This document shows positions 48,250 through 60,944 of a DNA stretch of 64,000 bases, in pieces. Position 1 is the first letter of the stretch. The number at the start of each line of letters is the position of its first letter. The notes beneath the pieces were generated by a model. The model saw only the letters and a program-made list of their open reading frames with translations. It did no database searches and had not been told where the DNA came from. The position numbers and the translations under genes were made by a program. Source of the stretch: Octopus sinensis (taxonomy: Eukaryota); the NCBI RefSeq assembly GCF_006345805.1, contig NC_043000.1, positions 132,742,001 through 132,806,000 on the forward strand. Direction: 5' to 3'.

Positions 48250-50720
48250 CAAGCTAACACTTTTAAAGATAAAACTAATACAAAGAGAACCAACTAACAT
48301 TTTGTAAGCTAAGGTTTTAATGTGCACACTTCTTTATGTATGAATAAAAGTTACTTTAAGAGCAGAGTTTATGAAATTGGCTTTATTAACAGTTTTCTTT
48401 TGTGAGCTGTTTGCATAACATTGGTGAGTCATGACTCATTTACAACAGATTCCTGAAGTTTTGTACTCACTCACTTTTGGAACCATGAAGAAGCAGATGC
48501 ATTATGAACTTATTTAATTCATGCAAACACAACAAGATATATAAGAATTTTTGAATGGCTTTTAACTTCTCCTCCGGTGAGAGGTTCCCTTTTTTGTCAA
48601 CAATCTGGACAAGAAGCATCAGTGATGTAGCACCAAACATTCACATAGCTGGATTGATTACAATGTTGTATCTAGTCAGTCGACCGAAGAATCAGCGAAG
48701 GTTTCCAGTTTCTACTCAGATTAGCTCATCTCAGGTAAATTATCAAAATAGGTATAGATTAAGGTAACTCTCGGGCAATGTCAGCCTTTGACATCTGAAT
48801 TGTTTCTGTGGTGTTATGATGGCCAAAAGGCATGCATACAAGTTAGTTTAGATCAGAGCGGCTAACTGGCTTCTGTGCCAGTGGCACGTAAAAGGCACCA
48901 TGATCATTACCAGTGTCACCTTACTGGCACCTGTGCCGGTGGCATGTGTAAAAAGATTCGAGCGAGGTTGTTGCCAGTCCCGCCTGACTGGCCTCCGTGC
49001 CAGTGGCACGTAAAAGCACCAACTACACTCTTGGAGTGGTTGGCGTTAGGAAGGGCATCCGGCTGTAGAAACTCTACCAGATCAGATTGGAGTCTGGTGC
49101 AGCCATCTGGTTCGCCAGACCTCAGTCAAATCGTCCAACTCATGCTAGCATGGAAAGCAGGCGTTAAAAGATGATGATGAATGTTGTGATTGCCGTCTTG
49201 TGAATGTTATCTAGTTCTACTGGAACCAGAAGGTTGTTGAAGCCAATAATATAGAAAACAAGGTTTGCCTTTAAGGAAGACTTGTGCACCATTTAGGGTG
49301 GAAGAAAAATTTGTAAATATGGTATCAGGTAACCCTCTAGAGTGGTACTTGTACTGAGAGCATGAAAGTCACTGTAAAGGCGCCCAGTGATCTCTTGGAA
49401 ACTGTATGTAAGGTAGGCAGCCAATTGATGTTGAACAGTCAAATTATGTCAGACTGAAGTATGTTCAACTCCAACTTAACAATTTTGAAATAATCTGAAG
49501 CAAGGTTTCTAGATTTTGCTGATACTTGTAGTCTTCGCGTATGCAAATAGTTAGTAACCATATACATTGCTCCACTATCCTTTCACACAGGACATGTGAT
49601 GCTTGGTTGTTTACAAGGAAGAGTGCCATACCAAAATGCAGTTGTCTTCATGTTGTGGAGTGATCTGACACCCCCACAATGAATGTCAGTGGACTGGACG
49701 AGTTTTATAAACAGACAAGCCAGTAAGCAGTTGAGGTCGAATTGTGAGAGCAATAGTCTCATTATTAATTCTGTGTTGGAGTATTGGAGTGTTATTGAGT
49801 GAATGGTTATAATAAGATAACCAACCCTTGCTATATTGCTTATTGCTATACAGTTACATTTGGTACTGTGATATAATGTTATACACACACACATCATATA
49901 TCATCACTGACGATATAACACTTCGATAATACAGAGTTGACTGGAAATATATGTGCAGTGATTCCTCATGCTGTAATGCCGATTGTGGAGTCATTAGCTG
50001 ACAGTGTTTAATAACCACCAACATAAGTAATCAACTCTAATAATCAGAGTCAGTAAATCTGTAGTAATGAACACCTAACAGTATACAGGCTGTTGTTCCA
50101 AATATATCTGATATCTCAATTAATGCTGTAAAATAGGAGAGTGGCTAACAGCTTCAAGTAATGCAAAACTAGGTTGACTTTACCATGGATTTAAGCAGAC
50201 AGTTTCATTTCTATTCCTGTCTCAAACAGAAAATATTTCCCGGTTTCTCTGCTATCAACATAATATAAGCAACTAATTGAGTCATAACCAAGATTTGTTA
50301 CCTTCAATCTCTGGTCAAGCCATTTTCTTTGTTCGAAAGACAACTCTTCTCCTGTGAATAAAATTTAACATACTTCAAATGGTACCAGAGTTGTGAACCC
50401 TTGTGCCTGAAGAAACTGGGATTACACGAGCACTGGCGAGAAGGGATACACAAGTAATTATATCTGTTTTGGCTCCTTTTTTCCCAAACAACTTAAGCAC
50501 TGAGAGTCACTAACTCTGATCAGAAGGATGATGTAAGTATTAATGTTGGTACTGTTACTCTTGTATGCACAACAGAAGACAAGAGTGAAAAGACTCACTC
50601 TGTTATTCACCAGGTTTGTTATATGCTTGATGAGAAGCATAGCTTTGGTCGATGCAAAAAAAGAATTTACTTTTGTCAGGAGCCTTTGAAAAAGAATTAC
50701 TTCAAAGTGACTTCTTCAAA
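48250..50720 (-). mobile_element. Decayed Ty3/Gypsy LTR retrotransposon (gag-protease-RT); LTRs not seen
   Basis: gag-like LFQRLLTKV and LWYH; protease-like YVDSRETGKYFLFETG; RT-like GDFHAL...VPVELDNIHKTAITT and IVDKKGNLSPEEKLKAIQKF. SINE inserted at 48855-49180. Confidence 0.72.
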
Positions 50721-50747
50721 GAAGTTGTCTCATAGCATGTATGTATG

Positions 50748-50779
<32 letters not shown>

Positions 50780-51295
50780 TGTATGCATGCATGTATGCTG
50801 TGAGTTTTTGGAGGCTTAGTTAGAGAGAAAAAAGAGAAATAATACAGAAAAAAAAAAGAAAGAAAATTTACTTGAAAGGAAAATTCAGAATTCTTTTTGA
50901 AGTACTATGGGGATAAAAGACATGGAATATGTAGCAACAACAAAAACAACTTCAAATATTTGAACACTAGTTCCCATATATAATTTAAAACTAAATTCTC
51001 CTTCCAAAGAAACACAAATATGAATTGTAAGGCACAGAATCTCATAGCCTACCTAAATTGCAAAGAGAATTATGTGGGCAAAGCCAACAATATCCTCTGT
51101 CAATGTGCAAGAATCCACAGACAACACATCACACAAAAATAATTAGGTAAAGTTTTGCTGATTAAGTTCCTGAATATAAGAGGAAACAGCAGTTTCAACA
51201 TGTTTCCTTACTACAATTGCCCAAAGGAGGATCCCAAGTACTAGAAGGCAATAGAAATATATTTTATAAAATTTTTTTTACCTAAACTAAACATA

Positions 51296-51439
51296 GGCAT
51301 AGGAGTGGCTGTGTGGTAAGTAACTTGCTTACGAACCACATGGTTCCACTGCATGGCACCTTGGGCAAGTGTCTTTTACTATAGCCTTGGGCCGACCAAA
51401 GCCTTGTGAGTAGACGGAAACTGAAAGTAGCTTGTCATA

Positions 51440-51476
<37 letters not shown>

Positions 51477-51551
51477 CCCTCCTTCTTCCCTGAGCGTCCA
51501 ATAATACTTTATTTGTTCCACGTCCTTGCATTGTTGTGTTTTTTTGTTTGG

Positions 51552-51625
<74 letters not shown>

Positions 51626-51820
51626 GTTGTGTGTCTGCCCCCCCCCCCCCAACATCGCTTGACAACCGATGCTGGTGTGTTTACATCCCTGTAACTTAGC
51701 GGTTCGGCAAAAGAGACCGATAGAATAAGTACTAGGCTTATAAAGAATAAGTCCTGGGGTCGATTTGCTCGACTAAAGGCGGTGCTCCAGACTGAAACAA
51801 GTAAAAGAAAGAGTAAAGAG
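51296..51820 (+). mobile_element. Family B SINE split by an insert in its (TA)n region
   Basis: 5' half 51296-51440, insert 51440-51625 (gagcgtccaataatactttatt...), 3' half to 51820. Confidence 0.8.
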
Positions 51821-52761
51821 TATATAAAAATATATATACTTATAAACCCAAGAAATCCTTATTAAAAAATTAGTCTCCCAGATGAACCAAATGTACTCTT
51901 TCGCCACAACTTTCTCTCACTCTTTCTTCTGTTGGCCTGCTCGCTTAGCCAGCGGGGTGGCATCATTTGAAGGCTAAAACAATGCGAAGCGCATTGTGAC
52001 CAGCGATGTGTAGCAACATCTGATAGCCTGGTCGGTCACGGTGATATACACATATATATAAAAGGTATGAATTTTCTATAAGTATATCAATAGGCGCAGG
52101 AGTGGCTGTGTGGTAACTAGCTTGCTTACCAACCACATGGTTCCGTGTTCAGTCCCTCTATGTGGCATCATGGGCAAGTGTCTTCTACTATAGATAGCCT
52201 CGGGCTGATCAAAGCCTTGTGAGTGGATTTGGTAAACGGAAACTGAAAGAAGCCCGTCATATACATATGTGTGTGTGTGTGTGTGTGTGTCTGTGTTTGT
52301 CACCACACCATCACCTGACAGTCGATGTTGGTGTGTTTACACCCCCGTAACTTAGCGTAATATATATATATATATTACAATAGCTAGCTAGCTAGATATA
52401 AACAAATGTATATATAGATAGATAGATAAATGTGTACACACACACATACAATAAGAAGTAAAATGGATTAATAAATCGAAGCAGATATCTATAAAGCATT
52501 CAGTGTCAAACGAATTTGTCTACTTATACCAAGCAATCAGATGCCAATAAATCCAAGTGGAATTAGCATCCAAGGTAATTCTTCATATATGACAAGTAAA
52601 TCCAGATATCGTTTAGAAGAATTTCAAGAAATTCAGAGTATAAGACAACAAGAAAAATAATTGAGAAAATCACATCTTTAATTGCTGATTACACAAGCAA
52701 TTCACAAGATACGTCTTCGATAAAACAGTTGCTCTTGCAAAGCAAATTAAGTCAAATTTGG

Positions 52762-53984
52762 GATTTTGCGGAGTGTCAAAATTGGTGACAAAAACAGGAC
52801 AGTGAAAACAAACACGAAGAGCTGCTAAGCCTAAACGAGATTGTGGTGGCAAACGCTTAAAAAACAAGCTTGGACAGGAGACAGACAAGAGTACGTCTTC
52901 CTTGTCCAGCTGTAACAGAATGAAAGAATGAAACACAAGTTAGGAGAAGAAAGAAAAATGGCCGATAGTTACGTGGGAGCCACGTGAGCAAAGGAGGAAG
53001 AGTGAGGGAGAGAGAGAGAGTAACAGACAGAGAACTGTGTGAAGGGGAGAGGAAAAGATTGAGAGATAGGATAAGAGAGGAAAAAATAGAGAGAAGGGGA
53101 GATAAAAGAATAAAAGAAAGGAAGAGAGAAAACAAAGAGTAAAAGGATAGACTAGTGGAAGAAGATGAGGTAAAAGAATAAGAGAAAGGAAGGGAGAAAA
53201 CGAAAGAGTAAAAAGATAAAATTGTGGGAGAAGAGAAAGGAAGAGAGAAAAACGAAAGAGCAATAGCAAGAATAGAGAGTCGCATCAGAATTATTAAGAT
53301 AAAACTTACCTGGAAAAGGATGCGTCGCGTTCAATCATATAATCATATAAATAATATATATATATATATACATACGTATATGTACATACATGTATACGTA
53401 TATACATATGCGTATGTGGGCACAGGACGTCACAAAACGTAAACAACAAAAAATACGAAGTACGAGCACATGGAATATGAACTTTTTTGCGAACAACGAA
53501 AGAAACAAATGGAATACAAGACAAACAACACAAAGAACGACCCTTCATCAGTTGGCTGTTTTTCTGACCCGTATTTGGTATGCATTAGCAACTGCTGGTC
53601 TTTCACAAAGAACCTTGTCTGGACTTATGCATCGGAGGGGAAGTTTCTCGGTGCATTCCCATAGTCAGTCGTGAATTTTGTCCTTATATATATGATCTTC
53701 CCTTTATATATTATTACGTGAAATCCCCACTGCCCGGCCACAAAATAATTATCTAGCAGTTCTGGTGGTGAACTAAATCGAGACGACACGATTTCTGAGA
53801 TTTTGCGGAGGGTCAAAATTGGTGACAAAAACAGGACAGTGAAAACAAACACGAAGAGCCGCTAAGCCTAAACGAGGTTGTGTTGGCAAACGCGAAGAAA
53901 CAAGCTTGGATAGGAGACAGACAAGAATGCGTCTTCCTTGTCCAGCTGCAACAGGATGAAAGAACGAAACACAAATTAGAAGAA
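52762..53984. repeat. About 186-bp direct repeat pair (52762-52948, 53799-53984) bracketing a purine tract and a PLE-like fragment
   Basis: Two similar copies gattttgcggag...ttag(g/a)agaa; 53390-53555 is homologous to 54866-55013. Confidence 0.8.
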
Positions 53985-54019
53985 TTTGTGCAGATCAATT
54001 TCTGCAGATATGTTATATA

Positions 54020-54815
54020 CAAGGTGGTTTCAAAAACTTTCCGGACTAGTTCCGTAGCGTGCCAACAGATGGCAGCACATGGTTGCGAGCGCAGTGAGAA
54101 CTAGCAATGAGCTTCATGAAGCAGTGTACCGAGCAACATCGTTGTGTTTGCTTTGCAAGTTGTGAAATTTGTGTTTTTGTGATCACGTGTATGTTGTAGT
54201 TTGCGATTTTTGTCATGGACAGGAAGTTGGAACAAAGAGCCAATGTGAAATTTTGTGTTAAATTTGGGAGGTCTGCTATAAATTTGTGTTAAATTTGTGA
54301 GGTCTGCAAGCTTACGGAGACGTGGCTATGGGTCGTACGCAATGTTTCAAGTGGCACGGGCGCTTAAAAAGCGGAAAAATATCCCTGGAAGACGATGAGC
54401 GATCTGGAAGATCGGCCACGAGCGTACCACCTGAAATGTGAAGAAAATGTATCTGTGTGTGTGAATATATATATATATATAATATGCATAATATATCAAT
54501 ATATGCATATATACGTACATATATGTACATACCTACATATACATATATACATACATATATGTACATACCTACATATATACATACATATATGTACATACCT
54601 ACATATATACATACATATATGTACATACCTACATATACATATATACATACATATATGTACATACCTACATATATATATATACATACATATATGTACATAC
54701 CTACATATATATATATATATATACATACATATATGTACATACCTACATATATATATATATATATACATACATATATGTACATACCTACATATATATATAT
54801 ATATATGTACATACC

Positions 54816-54870
<55 letters not shown>

Positions 54871-55482
54871 GCATATATGGGTACAGGACATAAAAAATAC
54901 GTTGAACACAATGAGAAACGAAAACATAAAAACAAAAAGATAGAAAACGAACTTCTTTTTCGAACAACGGAATAAACAGAGAAACGAGACATGCAACATA
55001 AAGAATATTACTTTTCATCAGCTTGTGCATGAGGATTATCAGAGGACAATCAACGACATTGCTGATGTTGTTGGTCTGTCGTATGGGTCTGCGCAGGCAA
55101 TCTTAACGTCTGGATTCTTCACGACGACAATGCACTCTGTCACCGAGCACTCGTGAGTTTCTTATCAAAAACATCATGGTCGCTTCCGCACCTGCCCTGT
55201 TCGCCAGATTTAGCACCTTCAGACTTCCATCTCTTCTCCAAGATGAATATCCAGCTCAAAGTCGCCGTTCTAACACCGTTGTCGAGATTAAGAACGGACC
55301 GGAGACGGTCTTCAACTCACGGAAAACGACTTCCAGGGCGGATTCCAAAAGTGACAGGAACGCTGGGACCGGTGTATTGCTGAGCAAGGGGACTATTTCG
55401 AATGAGATGATGCTAAAACTTAGGTAAATAATTTTTTTTTTATTAAACATAACTAGTACGGGAACGTTTTGATACCATCTCG
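54020..55482 (+). mobile_element. Mariner transposon, internally deleted and interrupted
   Basis: TA TSD and TIRs of about 33 bp. Fragments [24 protein letters not shown]...[16 protein letters not shown] and PCSPDLAPSDFHLF, RWDRCI.EQGDYFE; insertion at about 54450-55013. Confidence 0.93.
54497..54865. repeat. Minisatellite: 9 copies of ATATGTACATACCTACAT with variable ATAC/(AT)n spacers
   Basis: Counted directly; explains the long His/Ile/Tyr ORFs in the ORF track. Confidence 0.9.
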
Positions 55483-57519
55483 TATATGCATTCACTCGTT
55501 ACTACTTGAGGGGCGCCATATCAGTTGCGGTTTACATTTCATTATCAACTATGAAGAAGGCTAATGTTGCAAATTATCTCGCATTAAGATGAACTTAGAT
55601 TTAGTAGTCTTTAGATCGAAGTTCCATCACCTGTATGATCACATATTTCATTTCATTATAAACTAAGGAATATCGTGATTTGATCGTCTATTTTCTATTT
55701 TAAGCACTGGTAACAGACTGTCATAATTGAAATACTTAACAAGTATTTTATTACAACCTGTGGTAAAAAAAGAAAGAAAACAAAACAAAAAGAAAAAAAA
55801 CCCTATTTCACAAGATTGCTTCTACGAGTACTTTTTGAATTCTATAATTTTTGGCCTACAGAGCATCCAATGTTAATAACTATAATTTCTAACGTCTTCC
55901 TAGTCAGCAACGAACTTTCTATTGGTAAGTGAAAAATATATCCTCAAATCATATTTTCTTAGCTTCATCTACATCTAATGTTTCGTAGGAGGGTGTAATG
56001 GATTAGCATTTCATTTTCTTCTTCAAGCAGGCTAGAACAGAGACAGGAGGGAGTGTAGCTCTACTATTTCGATGAGGGCCTACACTCTGTTAGAAGCAAA
56101 GTACGGATCTTTTAATAAAGTATTACTTTTTTTTATGAATTATTTTGTTCTGTAATTTGTATTATATGTGAGTACATCACACACAATTATACGCAAGTAT
56201 TTTGCAGTAATCCATACATATATCATATCTATTTAACAAGGATTATTAAAATACTTAGAGAACACTTTGAACTGGAACTTGCATTTCACATCTGCCTGGC
56301 CTGTTACTAGTTGAAATAGAGCATGTGTCTTACATCCCACCTCAGCCTGTTAAAGCTTGCACAGTTGATTTTAGTATTAAAGCTTAATATTAAAAGCTAG
56401 CAAATCAACTATAAATTCTATAGCGTGTTTATGTAATACGAATTTATCCTTTCAAATTACGTACAATTGTTCAGGAGACAATGGTGAAGTGGTAACGATA
56501 GTTCGTTTTTGACTCTTTATGATATCATCTTATCAACTTAAACTTTAGTTACATCGTTCACTATTTTATTAGCCATATTTAATTTGTTCTTTTCTTCATT
56601 AATGGCTTAGTAAACAAAAAGAAAAAAAAATGTTACATATTATTGGAACACGTCTCCTAATTTGTTTATTCATTCATTTGATCTAGAGGAAGGAGCTGCA
56701 TGCCTATAGTCTTCACAGACCCTCTGAAACTATTCTCTTTCATTCAAATCAAATTAATATTTCATTTCGTCGACTTTTTTATGTCAAGAATTTTTAGAAT
56801 ATCATCCGAGTGTAAAACGTAAGACTTAGCTACTGACATAGTTGTGTCCCTTGATATGATTCAAGACGATGGGATCCTTTTAAAAGTTGTCTCCCTCAAA
56901 TAATAGTCTAAAACAAGTCGACGTCCATTTTAGTTACCTCCCTTGCACTTAACTATGACAATTTTAGATGAACACGACACGTTTTTAAAAATTGTTAGTG
57001 TTTTGTTGCCTTTACCGTATTTTGATGTTTGTTCGTATCATGTCATTTAAGATAGAATCTCTCTCTCTCTCACACACACGTAAATGTTGAACGACGAGAA
57101 TGAGTGCTCAACACCGCATTGTTGGATAAAATTTCTTTATTTGTGTATTAAGGCTACCATTGGTTTCATTTCAAGAAAACATCTTAATATCTCAACAATT
57201 TTTCAAGCCGGATCACATGGAGGAATGGTGTTCATTTCTAATTTGAATGAAAATAACACTTTTTATCACTTACTCAGACCATGGACTGTGGATTAGATAA
57301 CTCTTGTTCTTTTCAGCATAGCTCCACGTCTTTCATACATGCATACATACATTGTATGTATGTATGTATGTACCTATGTATGCATGCAGGCATGTATGTA
57401 TGTGCGTGTGTTCTCTTCTCTTTGTAATTATTTAAATTCTTCCTCTGACGAAGCAGTTAGTTTCTAACAAAGATCCAAAGACCCATCGTTGGAATGTAGA
57501 TAGCAAAAACGATGTCGCA

Positions 57520-58555
57520 TTTTAAACTTGGGAAAAATCATATTTTTACAGTTCCACTTACAGCTTGTTTTTGTCGTGTGCGAGTTGGTTGATTGATTTC
57601 TGTTCTAAAAACTGTAATTTATTTAGATTGCCACTCAGGCATTTACTCACCACGAAGCCAACTGCACCAGTTGTTACTGGATTAAATGTGAATTTATAAT
57701 CTAGACATAGAAGCTGGCTGTTTCGAAGCAGTTGTACATAGCCTCTTTCTCTTTGTTTTCATTACCGTCAGCAGGACTGCTAAACACTATGATGGTACAT
57801 ACTTTCTCTTGCCCCAAACAACAATATCCATCCTGTTATGTTTACATTTGACAGATGTTCTGACGAGAATGTTCACGAATATTCCCTGTGTTGATGTTTG
57901 TGTATGTATTCAATAATAGGAAGATTCTCTGTATTTATTTCAGGACAGTTTTTCCCGAATGGCCTTATATATTGTTTTTGCGACAACGTCGTGCCGTATA
58001 GGGAAGTGGTATCTTGATGACATGTTTGGGCAGCTGCTAATCATATGTGTAATGTCTGCTACAAAAATATGACATAGTCTACATTTTCAGTCTCTTGTTT
58101 ATTAGGTACTTACTAGCAATCTCCTGTACTTGTATCGTAAATGCATAGCTTTCGAAGTGTGATGTGATGTGGTCACGAGTCCAAGAGATGTTTCGCTTCA
58201 TATCACTATTATTGTCTTCTTTGACTGGACATTCTGATTTTTAATTCCGCCGGGATCGACTTTCCCTTTCATCCTTTCAGGATCGATAACATAATTATCA
58301 GTCAAGCACTGGGATCGATATAATCGACTTATCCCATCCCCCGACGTTGCTGCCCTTGTGCCAAAATTTGGAACTAATATTACTGTCTTTTTCAAGTGTT
58401 AGGAAAACATACCCATGCATGGCCTTTTGGGGGATGCTGAGTGTTTCACATCTGGATCTTCTTTGAGGTATGTTAGTCTAGCTGTTTTAGGGTCGTATGG
58501 GAGGTCATCAGGAAGAGAGTGCTTTCTGCAGATGCGTTGCATATAGTTGTTCTAC
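57520..58555 (-). mobile_element. R4/Dong-clade LINE relic (RLE domain), interrupted by a SINE
   Basis: DITHMISSCP...RHDVVAKTIY...CKHNRMDIVVW...YVQLLRN...DYKFTFNPVTTGAVGFV. Confidence 0.82.
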
Positions 58556-58557
58556 TC

Positions 58558-59270
58558 TCTCTTTCACTTGTTTCAGTCAAATGACTGCGGCCATGCTGGA
58601 GCACCGCCTTTAGTCGAGCAGGATCTTTTCGGTTTGAACGGCAGTTTTTTAAAATAATTTCCACGTAACTAAACACTTTTAAACTTCTTATACTGGTAGA
58701 ATGTGTTTATAAAATATCTTTTTCTCTTGGCTTTATTGAGAAAATTCTATGGTTTGTAAGATATTTGTTGCTTTTTTTCTTCAATTTCTGCAATTTCAAC
58801 TAATCAATGACGTCTATTGAAGGTGAAAACATTATGTACCGTATGAATATGTCCCGCGTTTAAGAAACAGATTGGGTTTATTTACATTTCTGAAGAAAAA
58901 AGATACCCTTCCCCCACCCCTAACCCTGACCCTAAAACAGATTGAAATGCAATAGATCGATACTAGGGTCATAATTGTGGGTGACAATTTCACATGACAC
59001 CGCTAGGAAAAATTGCCGTTCAAACCGAAAAGATCCGTCGAGCAAATCGACCCCAGGACTTATTCTTTGTAAGCCTAGTACTTATTCTATCGGACTCTTT
59101 TGCTGAACCGCTAAGTTATGGGGATGTAAACACACCAGCATCGGTTGTCAAGCGATGTTGGGGGGACAAACACTGACACACAAATATATACACAGATATA
59201 TATATATATATATGTCAGGCTTCTTTCAGTTTCTGTCTACCAGATCTACTTACAAGGTTTTGGTCAGTCC
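58558..59270 (-). mobile_element. Family B SINE split by the Merlin-like MITE
   Basis: The SINE sequence is contiguous after removing 58621-59044. Confidence 0.85.
58621..59036. mobile_element. Merlin-like MITE inserted in a SINE
   Basis: 23-bp perfect TIR GGATCTTTTCGGTTTGAACGGCA; perfect 8-bp TSD GTCGAGCA (58613-20, 59037-44). The superfamily is inferred from GG ends and the 8-bp TSD. Confidence 0.8.
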
Positions 59271-60599
59271 ACCTTCACTTTTCAACAACATGTTAATGTG
59301 TTTTAATATTGCTGCAGTTTAGCAAGTTCTGTGTGGATGGATGAAGTTTGGGCAATATAAATGTATGTACACATTTGCGCGCGTGTGCCTGTGCACGCGC
59401 CTATGTCTTTGACAACCGGTAGCGGTTGTCTATACCTTCGTTAAATTAGCAGTTCGACAAACGGGAACAATTAAATAAATATGAAAACTTGGATCGATTT
59501 CAACTAAATCCTTCGAGGTGGTGCCCCAGCATGAGCACAGTCAAATGACCAAAACAAATAAATATTTACAAAACTTTGGTGTTTAGACTGTTTAATCTGC
59601 CTCTACCATTATCTCGAGGAAGTGTCAAACTCAGAAAAGATTTAATACAGCTATTTTCCAATGGCATACACAACAACAGCGATCAGTATTTTTTGCGTCC
59701 CAACATTCCTGGACGTATTAAGAATGGATACGAAAATAATCAGATCTTGCTGCATACCGTGCAAAACAACGGCTGTTTATATTTTCATCCAATATTAATG
59801 AAAGAGTTATCTCCCTTGAACACTATAGTTCAGTATAGAAGAAAAATTAAGTAGTTTTTTGTTTTTTTTTATTTGCGAGGCTGGTTATCATTAGTCAGAA
59901 AAATTTGAATCAAAGTTACTATAATCAAAAAAAAAGAAGGCCCTCGAAACATTTTAAAAAACTATTCTGGGATTATTATTCTCAGCTTCATATACATACT
60001 ATCAAGTGACTGTAAGAATCTATTCCATTTGTGCTGCTGCTTCTTCTTCTTCTTCCAATCAGGACTCACGCCATTAGCCACAAAGAATAATCTCTGATTC
60101 GAGCTTAGTCTAAGCTACTAAGAACGCGTGTGGAAACTTGAAGATCCACCCACCACACACAATAGACTGGCGGTTGCACGGATGCAAAAGCTACGTTGTT
60201 ATCCTCATTCCGTAAACGGTGGCTTTTGACGAGTGGAGAGCTGAACCATCCTGGGGTACAGAGGATTTGCAATCTAGATTAGGGTCTGAAAGTTTACCAC
60301 ACCATACTGTGTTACGTCATGGTTCCTCTCTTTGTGGCAGAAGTAGGAAGAAAATGTGAGATAAAGTTGTGGTGAAAGAGTACAGCAGGGTTCAACCCCA
60401 CCCCTCACCGGTGCCAAGTGGAGCTTAGGTGCTTTTGCTCAATAAACACTAACAATGCTCGGTCTGGGAATCGAAACCGAGTTCTTATGACCTCGACTCG
60501 GCTGTCCTAACCACTGGGCCATTGCGCCTCCACTGCTACTAATGCTGGACCCTGAAGCATTATCTAAATTAATCAACTGCACATCATATGACCAGAAGC

Positions 60600-60785
60600 A
60601 GGGCATGTCTGTTGGAAATAGCAGCCAGATATCTTTCAAATCACACCCTACCACCTTAATTAAGGAAAGGATACATTATATAATGTAAAACTATTCACTT
60701 TTTAAAAAAACTGGATGGTCATATCTAGAATGCTTTGATGATAGATCAGCTCAATCAGGGCTGACCTGGTGCTTAGCAATGACAA
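60600..60785 (+). repeat. Old interspersed repeat, family E (unclassified)
   Basis: gaaatagcagcc...aatcacaccctacc...tgatagatcagctcaatcagggctgacc. Decayed copies near 4390-4800, 12950-13130, 13575-13690, 14660-14800, 17150-17280 and 61640-61820. Confidence 0.6.
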
Positions 60786-60944
60786 CAAATATATTACAGA
60801 TGAAGTGAAACAGTCTGGTCCTTATGCTGTTGGAGTTTTTGTCATTTAATTCCAAGTTGGCCTAGATCAATCAGGGACATGATCAAAGGCATTCGAGCAG
60901 TAAACATCAAATAATATAATATAAATATAATGAAATTATTGTAT

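Noticed and set aside
50302-50351. Exon-like minus-strand segment EELSFEQRKWLDQRLK
   Set aside because: Lies inside the decayed Gypsy gag/protease region; no partner exons.
52857-53285. Ser/Leu/Phe-rich ORFs resembling membrane proteins
   Set aside because: Translation of a GA/CT simple-sequence tract.
53304-53312. ACTTACCTG resembling the U1 snRNA 5' end
   Set aside because: No U1 body follows; it is the reverse complement of a CAG|GTAAGT donor.
54312-55030. Long ORFs (167-226 aa) and a CRISPR-like repeat/spacer look
   Set aside because: Stop-free microsatellite/minisatellite; spacers are only (AT)n, with no cas genes, in a eukaryotic context.
56051-56087. 12-bp hairpin GAGTGTAG...CTACACTC (also the 8-bp hairpin at 40327-40352)
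   Set aside because: Short, isolated and matching no structural RNA class I can name.
57442-57520. Hammerhead-like CTGACGA...AAAACGATGTC
   Set aside because: GAAA is mutated, and no stem I pairing can be formed.
57651-57700. Exon-like segment with AG and GTGAGT ends (DYKFTFNPVTTGAVGFV)
   Set aside because: It is the C-terminal motif of the R4/Dong relic.
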